A stretch of DNA of 64,000 nt from positions 59,301 through 123,300 of the forward strand of contig JAIRQO010000061.1 in NCBI GenBank assembly GCA_031256435.1, read 5' to 3'. Below are positions 9,542-18,238 of this stretch, piece after piece. A program made the translations under genes and the position numbers. Source of the stretch: Cellulomonadaceae bacterium (GTDB lineage Bacteria; Actinomycetota; Actinomycetes; Actinomycetales; Cellulomonadaceae). Below the pieces are notes generated by a model that saw only the letters and a program-made list of their open reading frames with translations, was not told where the DNA came from and searched no databases. Each line of letters begins with the position of its first letter. Position 1 is the stretch's first letter.

Positions 9542-10018
9542 CTAACTCCGGTGCGCTTTTCCGGTGACGGTGTGAAGATCGATGGCGATGACGGCTACGC
9601 GGGGTGGGAGCACGGGTGGTAATGCGGAGGCCTGTTCTGATGATACGCGTGCGACGATGGCAGCCAGGGCCTCGCGAGCCTCGTGGGGATTGGTGATCAG
9701 GTGAGCGTTGCCGAAGCCGATCACGGATTCGTAATCGGCGGTGAGGCTGCACGGGCCGTCCTCTCCCCCGCCATGGCTGATCAAACGATCCACCTCAATG
9801 CAACAGCGCGGATCAGCGGCGATGGCCGCGAGTTTCCGCCCCTCGGCGGCGCCATGCGTGAGGATGGTGATTTTCCCGTCCCGCACCACATACGCAAAGT
9901 GAACAGGGACAACGTACGGTCCTTCGGAATCCACCAGCCCCAACCGCACCACCTCGGTGCGGTCCAGCACACCGGTGATCTGTTCCAGCCCGTGCAGTTG
10001 GCGGTCCGTTCTCCTCAT
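9542..10018 (-). CDS. Pyridoxamine 5'-phosphate oxidase-like / NimA-type flavin-binding protein
   Basis: MRRTDRQ..VVRLGL..PYVVPVHF..HGAAEGRKL..DPRCCIEVD..YESVIGFG. The ORF extends to 10063. Confidence 0.88.
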   Translation of the reverse strand: MRRTDRQLHGLEQITGVLDRTEVVRLGLVDSEGPYVVPVHFAYVVRDGKITILTHGAAEGRKLAAIAADPRCCIEVDRLISHGGGEDGPCSLTADYESVIGFGNAHLITNPHEAREALAAIVARVSSEQASALPPVLPPRVAVIAIDLHTVTGKAHRS

Positions 10019-10103
10019 GTCCATGCGTCTGATCTCCATGCGTTTGATCCTAGGCGTTGGCATCTCCTACAAGCGCATCGGCAGCGCCTTCGTCGTCGCC
10101 GGA

Positions 10104-11630
10104 TCACTCACTACCAGATCCCTCACCAACAGGCCCCTCGTCACCACCGTGCTCGTCGGTAGTGCGTGCGTCCGTTAACGTGAGCGCCCCCACCACGCCG
10201 ATTACCGCCACCAACACAGCCAACACCAGGTACGTGATCCGTTCACCACGGAAGAACGAGGCCACCAAGTCCGCAGGCCAGGTGCCATCCGGCAACACCC
10301 GGGTGACCAGCAGCGCTATCAGCGTGCCCACCACGGCGGTGCCCGTGGATTGGCCGATCTCCTGAGCGGTGTCATTGAGCGCCGCGCCCAGCGAGGTGCG
10401 ATTCTCCGGCATGGCCCCAATGAGCGCCACGGCGCACACGGTCATGATGGTGCGCAGGCCGATGGTGAAGGTCACCATGAAAATGGCGATGGCCAGGTAG
10501 CCGTGGGAGGTGGCCCATGCCAGCCCCACCAGCGATCCGGCCAGGCACCCCACCCCGACGAGGCACGCAATGCGGTGCCCCCAGAGTTTGACAAAGAGTT
10601 CGGACAGGGGCTGACCGATGATCATGGTTCCAATCAGCGGCAGGTTGGCCAACCCGGCACGCATGGGGCTCCATCCCAGCGCGTATTGGAAGTGCATGAG
10701 CAAGCCGAACATGACTCCGGCCATGGCCAGAGCCGCGGCAACCTGCGCGATGGCCCCGCCGGACACCGTGCCCACCTTCAGCACGTTGATATCCAGCATG
10801 GGCGAGGCAGCCGTCCGCTCCCGCCAGATGAACCCCAGCACGGCCGCCACGGCGCCGAGCGCGCACGCAATGGTGATGGCCGAACCCCAACCGTGGTCCA
10901 CCCCGGCGGTCAGGGTGTAGCAGAACAGTCCGATGGCCGCGATGGACAGGGCGGCGCCCGGGAGGTCCAACTTCTCACGTGTGAGATCGGCATTGTCATC
11001 GGCAGGAACGCCCCAACGCACGCCGAGGCAGGCCAGCAGGGCAATGGGCGCGTTGACTGCCAGGAGGAACTCCCAGCGCACGTGCGCCAGGACGGTGCCG
11101 CCGATCAACGGTCCCAGCACAAATCCACTCATGCCCACCACAATCATGACGGTGATGGCGCGCATGCGGACCTTATCGTCGTCGAAAAAACGGAAAACGA
11201 GCGAGTTGGTGATGGGGGCCATGGCTGCCGCGGCGAGGCCGAGGGCGGCGCGCACAGCGATGAGATGCCCCGTGGAATTGACGGTCAGGACGAGCAGGCT
11301 GATGGAGCCGAAGGCGGCCAGGCCGCAGAGCAGCACGCGGCGGCGGCCGAACCGGTCAGCAATGGAGCCGGCCGTCAGGAGCAGGCCGCCGAAGGTCAGC
11401 GAGTACGCGCCGGACACCCATTGCAGGGCCGTGGTGCCGGAGCCGAGGTCACGCCCGATGGTGGGCAGCGCGATGGTGAGCAGCGTGTTGTCCACCATTT
11501 CCACAAAGAACGCCAGGCAGAGCGCGGCGAGCGGAATCCACGCGGCGCCCAGGCTGTCATACGTGCGGTGCGACGATGGTGCGGCAGCAACCGCGCTGGG
11601 GGGCGGCGTTTCCGCTGGTTGAGTGGACAT
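10104..11630 (-). CDS. MFS drug:H+ antiporter (DHA2/EmrB-QacA-like, 14 TM)
   Basis: VDNTLLTIALPTIGRDL, LQWV, GSIADRFGRRR, GPLIGG. Confidence 0.9.
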   Translation of the reverse strand: MSTQPAETPPPSAVAAAPSSHRTYDSLGAAWIPLAALCLAFFVEMVDNTLLTIALPTIGRDLGSGTTALQWVSGAYSLTFGGLLLTAGSIADRFGRRRVLLCGLAAFGSISLLVLTVNSTGHLIAVRAALGLAAAAMAPITNSLVFRFFDDDKVRMRAITVMIVVGMSGFVLGPLIGGTVLAHVRWEFLLAVNAPIALLACLGVRWGVPADDNADLTREKLDLPGAALSIAAIGLFCYTLTAGVDHGWGSAITIACALGAVAAVLGFIWRERTAASPMLDINVLKVGTVSGGAIAQVAAALAMAGVMFGLLMHFQYALGWSPMRAGLANLPLIGTMIIGQPLSELFVKLWGHRIACLVGVGCLAGSLVGLAWATSHGYLAIAIFMVTFTIGLRTIMTVCAVALIGAMPENRTSLGAALNDTAQEIGQSTGTAVVGTLIALLVTRVLPDGTWPADLVASFFRGERITYLVLAVLVAVIGVVGALTLTDARTTDEHGGDEGPVGEGSGSE

Positions 11631-11790
11631 CCCTGGCTCCTGACACTGACAATGGTTCAAGAAAACCATAAACCGCTGGCGTGGTGCGGGGTGCGGTGGC
11701 AGGTATCAGAGCGACGAGTGCGGTGGGTGGGGTGCGTGGTGGGGATGGTGTGGTGGGGTGTGGCGGGGGGACTGGGTGATGCCGGGGGTA

Positions 11791-12531
11791 CTACCCCGCG
11801 AGGCCGGCGATGAGGTTGATGAGCAGCGCGACGATCACGGTGCCGTAGAGGTAGGCCAGCAGAGCATGGGCTTGGGCGAGGCGTCGCATCTGGGAGGATG
11901 CCAGGTCCGTGTCAGAGATGGCGTAACTCATCCCCACGGTGAAGGCCACATAGGTGAAGTCCGTGTATTGCGGAAGCTCGGGCTCTCCGGCTGGTTGCTT
12001 GTCCGCGTGGAAATCGATGCCACCCACGGGTGACGTGTAGTACTGCCGCGCATAGTGCAAGGCGAACACCGTTTGGATGCAGGCCCAGGAGGCCACCACG
12101 GCGCTGAGCACGGCAACATCCGTCAGGGCGTTGACTCGGAGACCGCCTTGAGCCAGCACCACCACGAGTCCCGCCAGGCTCACCAACGCTGCCACCAGCA
12201 CAAGGATGCGCGTTGCCGCCCGGCCCGGCTCCTCCCGGGTGGCGTGCTCGGCAGTGGCTTGGGGTCCCATGGGCATGACTACTGCGAGGGTCCATAGGAC
12301 GTACACCATCCCGGCCACGGCCCAGCCGCCCAAGAATGATGCCGCCACGGAACCAAAGGAAATCAGGATCCCGGCAGCGATCCCCAGGAACGCCGCCACC
12401 ACCAAGCGCACCCCCGGCTTGGTGTCCAGACGTTGCTCTACGGTGTGCTGGGTTTCCATGGGTTCCGAGGTTTCCGCATTGCGTGAGGTGTCCACAGTGT
12501 GAGAGGTTTCCACAGTGCATGAGGTGTCCAT
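11791..12531 (-). CDS. DUF1345 family membrane protein
   Basis: HATREEPGR, FALHYARQYY, GGIDF, YTDFTYVAFTVGMSYAISDT. Degenerate 6-aa repeats at the N-terminus make the start uncertain. Confidence 0.88.
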   Translation of the reverse strand: MDTSCTVETSHTVDTSRNAETSEPMETQHTVEQRLDTKPGVRLVVAAFLGIAAGILISFGSVAASFLGGWAVAGMVYVLWTLAVVMPMGPQATAEHATREEPGRAATRILVLVAALVSLAGLVVVLAQGGLRVNALTDVAVLSAVVASWACIQTVFALHYARQYYTSPVGGIDFHADKQPAGEPELPQYTDFTYVAFTVGMSYAISDTDLASSQMRRLAQAHALLAYLYGTVIVALLINLIAGLAG

Positions 12532-12713
12532 GATGCGAGAGTGTGCCACGCCCACGAGTCTAGAAGTGGCATCGGCTCACGGTGTTCGGGCCAGGCACAA
12601 ATACGTGGGTCTACAGGTCTTCTTCAGCGGTGACTCGGTAGGGCTGCGCGCTGGTGACGGCGTGGATGGGAAGTGGGCCGTAAAGGTGCGGGAAGAGTAG
12701 GTGGTAGATCATC

Positions 12714-13355
12714 TCAGCCCCACACAATGGCGAGGCCTTCATTGAGCAAGAGTTGGTTGAGGTTGCGCCCGTCTGGAAGCCAGACCGTGCGCCGCAGGCG
12801 ACCAAACCTGTCACGGTCACGGACGCCGTCCGCTTCCAAGTACACCGTCCCGCCAGACGCCGCCACTGCGGCACGAACAAAGGCCGTGGACTCCGCGAAT
12901 CCTGGCTCGCCACGCTCCGGGGCGTCGATGCCGATCAAGCGCACCCGTTCCTCTACTCCGCCCAGCAGTACTACGAGGGTGTCGCCGTCAATCACCCGCA
13001 CCACGGAGGCGGGGGATCCCGGCGGGGAAGCCTGGGTGCTGGCGGCGGGTGGTTTGGGGGTGGCGGCTGGCTCGGGGATTTCGGGTGGTTCTGCAGCAGC
13101 GGGCGGCACAGTGACTTCAGGTGTCTCTGGGGCATCGGTAATACCCGGACCATCCGCGCAGGGAGGCTCGGTTTCTCCCTCTGGGGTGGTGCCAAGCGAA
13201 CCTGTCTCGTCGTCCTGGCTGGAGACACCCGGGGCCGCTGGCGTGTGGATGGGCGGAGCAGCATCGTCGAGCATGCCGCAGCCCGACACCACGACGACCA
13301 AAACGAGTACCACCGCACCAATACCCGCCCCCGCGCGTTTACCAAACGTCATCAC
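12714..13355 (-). CDS. Thermonuclease (SNase) family lipoprotein
   Basis: Lipobox VSGC, Pro-rich linker, VVRVIDGDTL..VRLIGIDAPE..DRFGRL..LNQLLL.EGLA. Confidence 0.88.
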   Translation of the reverse strand: MMTFGKRAGAGIGAVVLVLVVVVSGCGMLDDAAPPIHTPAAPGVSSQDDETGSLGTTPEGETEPPCADGPGITDAPETPEVTVPPAAAEPPEIPEPAATPKPPAASTQASPPGSPASVVRVIDGDTLVVLLGGVEERVRLIGIDAPERGEPGFAESTAFVRAAVAASGGTVYLEADGVRDRDRFGRLRRTVWLPDGRNLNQLLLNEGLAIVWG

Positions 13356-13436
13356 AGCACGTCACCCTACCAGCGAGGCCAACGCGCGAAGCTGCACGGA
13401 ACGCCTTGGTGAGCATCGTGGAGCGGCACGATGAGA

Positions 13437-13856
13437 TTAGGGCAGCAGTGTGAACGCTGTGCAATGTGATGGGCGTACGGCTGCGAAATGACGACGATCA
13501 AGCGTGGCAATCTCCGTTACGTTGAGGCGCTCAGCGATGGCAATCACGGAGGCGTCCGTGGTTCCGAGGGGCATGTCAGCATACTGATCCACTAAACGAG
13601 CCATACGTGCAAAATCCGGCGGGGTGAGGGGCACCACCTCAAACACTTGATCCGCAAGTGCCTGGAGAAATGCCGATTCGGCGCGGGGGCCCAAGAGTCT
13701 ATCAATCATGTACCCGGTTTCCGCCACCACAGTTGCTGGCAGAATCATGCGTTGATTGGACCTCGTCACCTCTTGGAAGAAGGCGTGACTCTCATGGTGA
13801 TACCGATCGTCGAGGGAAGCGGCAGCAATGAGCGGTCCAGAATCGCATACAATCAT
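13437..13856 (-). CDS. vapC: VapC PIN-domain toxin
   Basis: MIVCDSGPL, VVAET, GTTDAS, ATLDRRHF PIN motifs. Confidence 0.92.
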   Translation of the reverse strand: MIVCDSGPLIAAASLDDRYHHESHAFFQEVTRSNQRMILPATVVAETGYMIDRLLGPRAESAFLQALADQVFEVVPLTPPDFARMARLVDQYADMPLGTTDASVIAIAERLNVTEIATLDRRHFAAVRPSHCTAFTLLP

Positions 13857-13858
13857 GG

Positions 13859-14119
13859 CTATCTCCCAAACCCTTCAGCCAGATATTCGTCAACGCGAGT
13901 GGAGCCATCAGGATCGCCTGATACCCCAATGCCGAAGAATGCTGGTGGCCAGTTGGCCGGAAGTTGCGGTTCCAAATCCTTCTGGAGCGCTTCCGTCACG
14001 ATTTTTGTGGTGGACGCACCACGGCTTACCTTCGCCTGTTCCAACTGGTCCACGAGTTCCGCTGGGAGCCGAACAGAAATCATCTTGGTGTGACGTGAAG
14101 GCCGAAGTGGCGATGTCAT
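13859..14119 (-). CDS. vapB: VapB-type ribbon-helix-helix antitoxin
   Basis: KMISVRLPAELVDQL..IVTEAL RHH fold, FFGIG..G..DGS.RVDEYLAEGFG tail; ends 2 nt before vapC. Confidence 0.85.
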   Translation of the reverse strand: MTSPLRPSRHTKMISVRLPAELVDQLEQAKVSRGASTTKIVTEALQKDLEPQLPANWPPAFFGIGVSGDPDGSTRVDEYLAEGFGR

Positions 14120-14164
14120 ACGAAGAATCTACCATGTATGACATTACGAGAGCAACGCGCATTA

Positions 14165-14348
14165 GTGATGAGCACATCGGCCACGTGGAGTAGATCGTTC
14201 ACGTTGTACTGCCCGGAGAGATCAACGATGCGGTCCGCGAGCGCCGGCGGGACGGGGCTGTGATACGTGCCCTCGGCGTCCGTGAGGTTCTTGGTCACGT
14301 ACGGATGAAGCGATACGACGATGCTGGCATTGGCCGTGGTGCACCACG
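14165..14348 (-). pseudogene. 184-bp duplicated internal fragment of the tagF-like gene at 15498-16460
   Basis: Near-identical to 15775-15958 (about 5 substitutions); encodes HPYVTKNLTDAEG..DLLHVADVLIT. Confidence 0.9.
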
Positions 14349-14355
14349 GAGTGTA

Positions 14356-14570
14356 CTACGGGACAAGTTCTATCCAACTGGTGTGAACACGCTTCTTGAG
14401 TCCCGAGCCTGGCTTGGGCCATGCAACCACCTTCAACTCAATGGAATTGCTGAGATCCTCATTACTCAGCACCGTTGCTGGGGGTGTAAAAGCCTTTGCA
14501 GTGGAGAGTACTCTGTTCTGACTCTTCATCTCATCCCGCACAATCCACTGATAGGTATACCTCTGTGCGC
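14356..14570 (-). pseudogene. Fragment of an Ig-like surface-protein repeat
   Basis: RYTYQW..LSTAKAFTPP..IELKVVA resembles the YQW-type repeats at 28783, 49351 and 17068; no credible start or signal peptide. Confidence 0.5.
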
Positions 14571-14609
14571 CCGCACGCCGGGGGCGGGAGCCCTGACAGT
14601 CAGTTCCTG

Positions 14610-14730
14610 AGACGTGGACCACACCAGCGGCGAAGGGATGTTGCTTCGGCTCCTTACTCGCGCTACCATAGCGATACTCCCCCGGATGCTTCGGCTACCG
14701 GTTAGAGGGCCTCGCTCCGGCGGGGCCCTT
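14610..14730 (-). ncRNA. Candidate structured RNA at the 3' end of the NYN gene
   Basis: Hairpin AGGGCC..GGCCCT (14706-14729) over the last codons, then two AGCCGAAGCA copies on the minus strand (14687-14696, 14642-14651). Expression not shown. Confidence 0.35.
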
Positions 14731-15409
14731 GGAATTTCCAGGCGGATGGACGGACAATCAGCCCCACCTCGTCAGTCAGCACCGCCGGAAGTTGGCAAGC
14801 TGCGAGGTCCGTTGGACCGATTGAACGATGCCACAAGGGGCGGGTTCGCTTAAGTTCGTTGGACGCACGCCGCAGTTGCGTGGGAGAAATCAAACACACC
14901 CTTCCCCCAAATTCTTCCCTCACGAGATTCAGAGGCATGACCAGATCAGAATCATTAGTGCACACTGCGTAGACGTCTGCAACACCATGCGCAGCATCAA
15001 CGAGAATGCGACTCGCTAAGTTGACATCGCTGCCTTTCTCCTCCGCCTTTTTCACCCATGACATCATTGGCGTGCCATCAGCAGAAAACTCGGTGGGATG
15101 CCGATGCATCAAACGACGATCCACTCGGAATTTTCCCAGGAATACCCGAATCCTTGGATCTGTTGACAAGGCTCGTAAATACGCCTGTTGACGTTGCGGC
15201 GACTGAGGATCGGAGCCAGGTAATGCCTTGATGATGGCTGTGAAGTAGTTAATGCTGAGGACATCACACTCGGGAAGAAGCCGTTCAGCGAGTGCTGCCA
15301 CATCAAGCCACTTGATCTCAGGGTGCCCCTTGAGTAACCGGCCATACAAGTTCAACCCATCAACGTACACATTCGCTCGTAATCGAGAGGTAGCATTGCC
15401 TCGCTCCAT
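14702..15409 (-). CDS. NYN domain (PIN-like) nuclease
   Basis: VYVDGLNLY, YFTA, EEKGSDVNLA, TNDSDL are NYN/LabA-type acidic motifs. Confidence 0.9.
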   Translation of the reverse strand: MERGNATSRLRANVYVDGLNLYGRLLKGHPEIKWLDVAALAERLLPECDVLSINYFTAIIKALPGSDPQSPQRQQAYLRALSTDPRIRVFLGKFRVDRRLMHRHPTEFSADGTPMMSWVKKAEEKGSDVNLASRILVDAAHGVADVYAVCTNDSDLVMPLNLVREEFGGRVCLISPTQLRRASNELKRTRPLWHRSIGPTDLAACQLPAVLTDEVGLIVRPSAWKFQGPRRSEAL

Positions 15410-15497
15410 CGCATGGCCCCCTGGTCCTCATTGGCTACTAGCAGTGTACAGGCTGTACAGCAACTCCTTGGAATCCCTTTGCGCGATGCGATCACCG

Positions 15498-16460
15498 TCA
15501 CACGCCGAGGACGGCGGCTAGGACGCGGTCGGCGTTGTGGGTGTCGGCGGGGCCGCAGAACTGGGCGCGGTAAGCGTCCGCGCGGTGAGGCTCAAAATCG
15601 CCCGACGAAAGTGCGGCCAGCAACTCCTCAGAACTGGTCACCACCTTTCCTGGCGCGAGATCCCGATAATTTCCCAGGAATCCACGGGAATCTGCGTACT
15701 CAGATTCGTCGGGCGCAAAGAAGAGCATGGGCTTGCCGAGGTAACAAAACTCATAACACACGGACGAATAATCCGTGATGAGCACATCGGCCACGTGGAG
15801 TAGATCGTTCACGTTGTACTGCCCGGAAAGATCGACGATGCGGTCCGCGAGCGCCGGCGGGACGGGGCTGTGATACGCGCCCTCGGCGTCCGTGAGGTTC
15901 TTGGTCACATACGGATGAAGCGATACGACGATGCTGGCGTTGGCCGTGGTGCACCACGCGTGGAGGGCTGGGAGGTTGAGCAGGTCTATGGGGTAGAAGG
16001 CCGTATCAGACGTTTCTCCGCGGAACGTGGGGGCAAACAGGATGATGCGTTTAACTTCGGTGGTTGAGCCAGTGGCGTCAGCACCGCCGGTCGAAACCTC
16101 GACGCCGGGTGGTTGAGCCAGAGCCGCAGGCTCGTCGGAAGCGGGTGGTTGAGCCAGAGCCGCAGGCTCGTTGGAAGCGGGTGGTTGAGCCAGAGCCGCA
16201 GGTTCGTCGGAAGCGGGTGGTTGAGCCAGAGCCGCAGGCTTGTCGGTCGAAACAACCCCGCCGCCGTCGGACACCAATTCCGGATGATCATTAGCGAACG
16301 TTGCTTGCACCGTGGCAATGTGCTTTGGATTGAGCAGGTCATCAATTCTGGGCATGCCCGTGGGGAGGCACGCCTCTTCCTCGATGCCAAAGCACTCGGC
16401 ATATACGGGTTGGAGGCCCGGCGATCCCACCGTGGCGTAGGTGTAGTACCGATGCGGGAT
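15498..16460 (-). pseudogene. 5'-truncated CDP-glycerol/polyol glycerophosphotransferase (TagF/TarL family) with in-frame repeat insertion
   Basis: PHRYYTY..PTGMPRIDDL..ILFAPTFRG..SLHP..DVLITDYSS..KPMLF. Lacks the N-terminal part including QxWHG that is present in the paralogues at 19078 and 23860. Confidence 0.85.
16059..16253 (+). repeat. REP-derived cluster: one full REP (16059-16098) and four 36-bp tandem units (16106-16253) inside the tagF-like ORF
   Basis: Unit CGGGTGGTTGAGCCAGAGCCGCAGGCTCGTCGGAAG at 16106, 16142, 16178 and 16214, the last ending GGTCGAAAC; reads PAALAQPPASDE on the minus strand. Confidence 0.9.
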
Positions 16461-16462
16461 GT

Positions 16463-17068
16463 CCAGCGGTAACTGTACGTCAGGGCGTTCACATGAGGAC
16501 TAGTCCTAAAACCGATGCGAGTTGCCTTCACCGTCTTTCCCGCCTTGACTTTTCCAGTGATGCCCACCCCTTGGCACTTAATGGTTCCTTTCCTGTTGAT
16601 TTGCTTTGATCGAGAAGTCCGCACTACCTTTTTCAGGATGACTCCAGGCGCGTATCGGTACTCTTGTGCTGGTACCTGTGCCGTGACTCGTAGCGATATT
16701 GCCTTCCCGTAGTCTGCCTTCTGGACCCGATACTTCTGGCAGTTCCTACTCACCACCACGGTGCCGTCTCGTAACCACTCGCACTTCAGGTCAGACACCG
16801 CAACAGATTCAGACCCACGCTGTTGAGCACCCTTCGCATCGATGTAGGGGAAACTCCACACGGCTGGGGACGGATATCCGTGGATGGTCTCTCCCACCTT
16901 GTTCACATAGTTGGAGTGGCTCGCGATTCTTGGCTCATCCATTGAGCCCGCAATAGTTGTGCCCACCGCTGTGGTGTCAGCGGCTGCTGGTCCGGCAAGG
17001 ACCATGGCCGACAGTGCGCCCACACAGACCGCTCCAAGACCAGACCTCACCAGTTGCCCAGGCATCAT
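16463..17068 (-). pseudogene. Secreted Ig-like-repeat protein, 3'-truncated and joined out of frame to the tagF-like remnant
   Basis: GGAGG RBS, signal peptide (AMVLAGPAAA), CEWLRDG..KYRVQKADYGKAISLRVTA repeat; second repeat breaks at YSYRW. Confidence 0.7.
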
Positions 17069-17186
17069 GGCCTCCCCCTCAGTCACTTCCACAATGGGCC
17101 TCCCAATGACCCCATTGCACAATTCAGTATTCCCTCATTTTGCTCCGGATGACCCCCGCACCCACACTCGCGTCAGGTACTGGCAC

Positions 17187-17220
17187 GGCGATCCCGGCAA
17201 CCCGGTGTGGCGGGATCGCC
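17187..17220. promoter_or_regulatory. 10-bp hairpin in the divergent region upstream of tagG
   Basis: GGCGATCCCG..CGGGATCGCC; function unknown. Confidence 0.35.
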
Positions 17221-17305
17221 GCCGATGAACACTATTCAGGTCACCCGTGGCTAGTGTGGTACACGGAAGCGATTACGCACGCAAAAACCATGTGAGGAGT
17301 GACCA

Positions 17306-18238
17306 TTGAGTGACATACCGCAGGGGGCACTGAGCCCGCGGTTGACCTCAGCAGAATCGGCGAAAGTAGCCAAGGCTGCGGGGTTGCGGCAGATGGGCGT
17401 ACGCCCCAACTTGCTCCACTACATCCATTTGGTGTGGAACCGGAGATCGTTCATCTGGAACCTCTCGGCTTCCAAGGCATACACCAAGAATCAGGGTTCC
17501 TACCTTGGGCAAGCATGGAACATCCTCCGCCCCACACTGGACGCGCTAGTATTCATCATCCTGTTTGGGTTCGGTTTCCGTGCCGGGCGTGACGGCGTTG
17601 CGAATATCGCGGCCTTCATTGTGATTGGAACGTTCACTTTCTCCTTCATGCAGGGACTCATCACGAGTGGTGTCAGTTCCATACGGTCCAACCTTTCCTT
17701 GGTGCGTTCCCACCAGTTCCCCCGCGCGGTGGTACCGCTCTCCGTGTGTATGACGGACGTGGTGCTCTTCGCCCAAAAGCTCATCGCCATGTTGGTGATC
17801 GTGTTTCTGTGTGGATTCCTGCCTGGGATGGGTCACGTTCCCCTGACATGGACGTGGCTCCTCACTCCGGTGGTGGCTGCTCTCTCCGGAATCTTTGCCA
17901 TGGGCGTGGGAATGTTCTTTGCTCGCCTCGGAGCCCGCACTCCGGACCTAGCAAACATCGTTCCGTTCTTCCTGAATCTTCTGCGCTTCGCCTCCGGCGT
18001 GATGTTCAGCATCTCGGCGCGCATCTCTCCAGCCAATCACGACACGTGGTGGGCACGGATCATTGAGTACCAACCTTTTGCCGTGTACCTGAACTTGATG
18101 CGAGCCTGTTTTGGAAACGATCCCAACTTCCAGATGAGCACGCTCATGTGGGTTCTTGCCGTGGTGTACGCAGTGGGATTCTTCGTATTAGGATTCATTT
18201 TCTTCTGGGGAGCTGAGGAGACATACGGCCGTGAGTGA
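17306..18238 (+). CDS. tagG: Teichoic acid/polysaccharide ABC exporter permease (TagG/Wzm)
   Basis: YQGSYLGQAWNIL-type motif, multiple TM helices, RFASGVMFS; overlaps the ATPase gene. Confidence 0.88.
   Translation: MSDIPQGALSPRLTSAESAKVAKAAGLRQMGVRPNLLHYIHLVWNRRSFIWNLSASKAYTKNQGSYLGQAWNILRPTLDALVFIILFGFGFRAGRDGVANIAAFIVIGTFTFSFMQGLITSGVSSIRSNLSLVRSHQFPRAVVPLSVCMTDVVLFAQKLIAMLVIVFLCGFLPGMGHVPLTWTWLLTPVVAALSGIFAMGVGMFFARLGARTPDLANIVPFFLNLLRFASGVMFSISARISPANHDTWWARIIEYQPFAVYLNLMRACFGNDPNFQMSTLMWVLAVVYAVGFFVLGFIFFWGAEETYGRE

Noticed and set aside
10350-11813. 487-aa plus-strand ORF and similar long overlapping ORFs (e.g. 1996-2703, 4665-5510, 19915-20754, 27898-28755)
   Set aside because: Antisense frames of clearly identified genes, expected in high-GC DNA; no family motifs.
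16106-16253. 36-bp repeats as a CRISPR array
   Set aside because: The units are directly adjacent with no unique spacers, lie inside a coding frame, derive from REPs, and no cas genes are present.
15986-17122. 378-aa ORF as a genuine protein
   Set aside because: Its C-terminal part is an out-of-frame reading of the tagF-like remnant; only the N-terminal Ig part is real.
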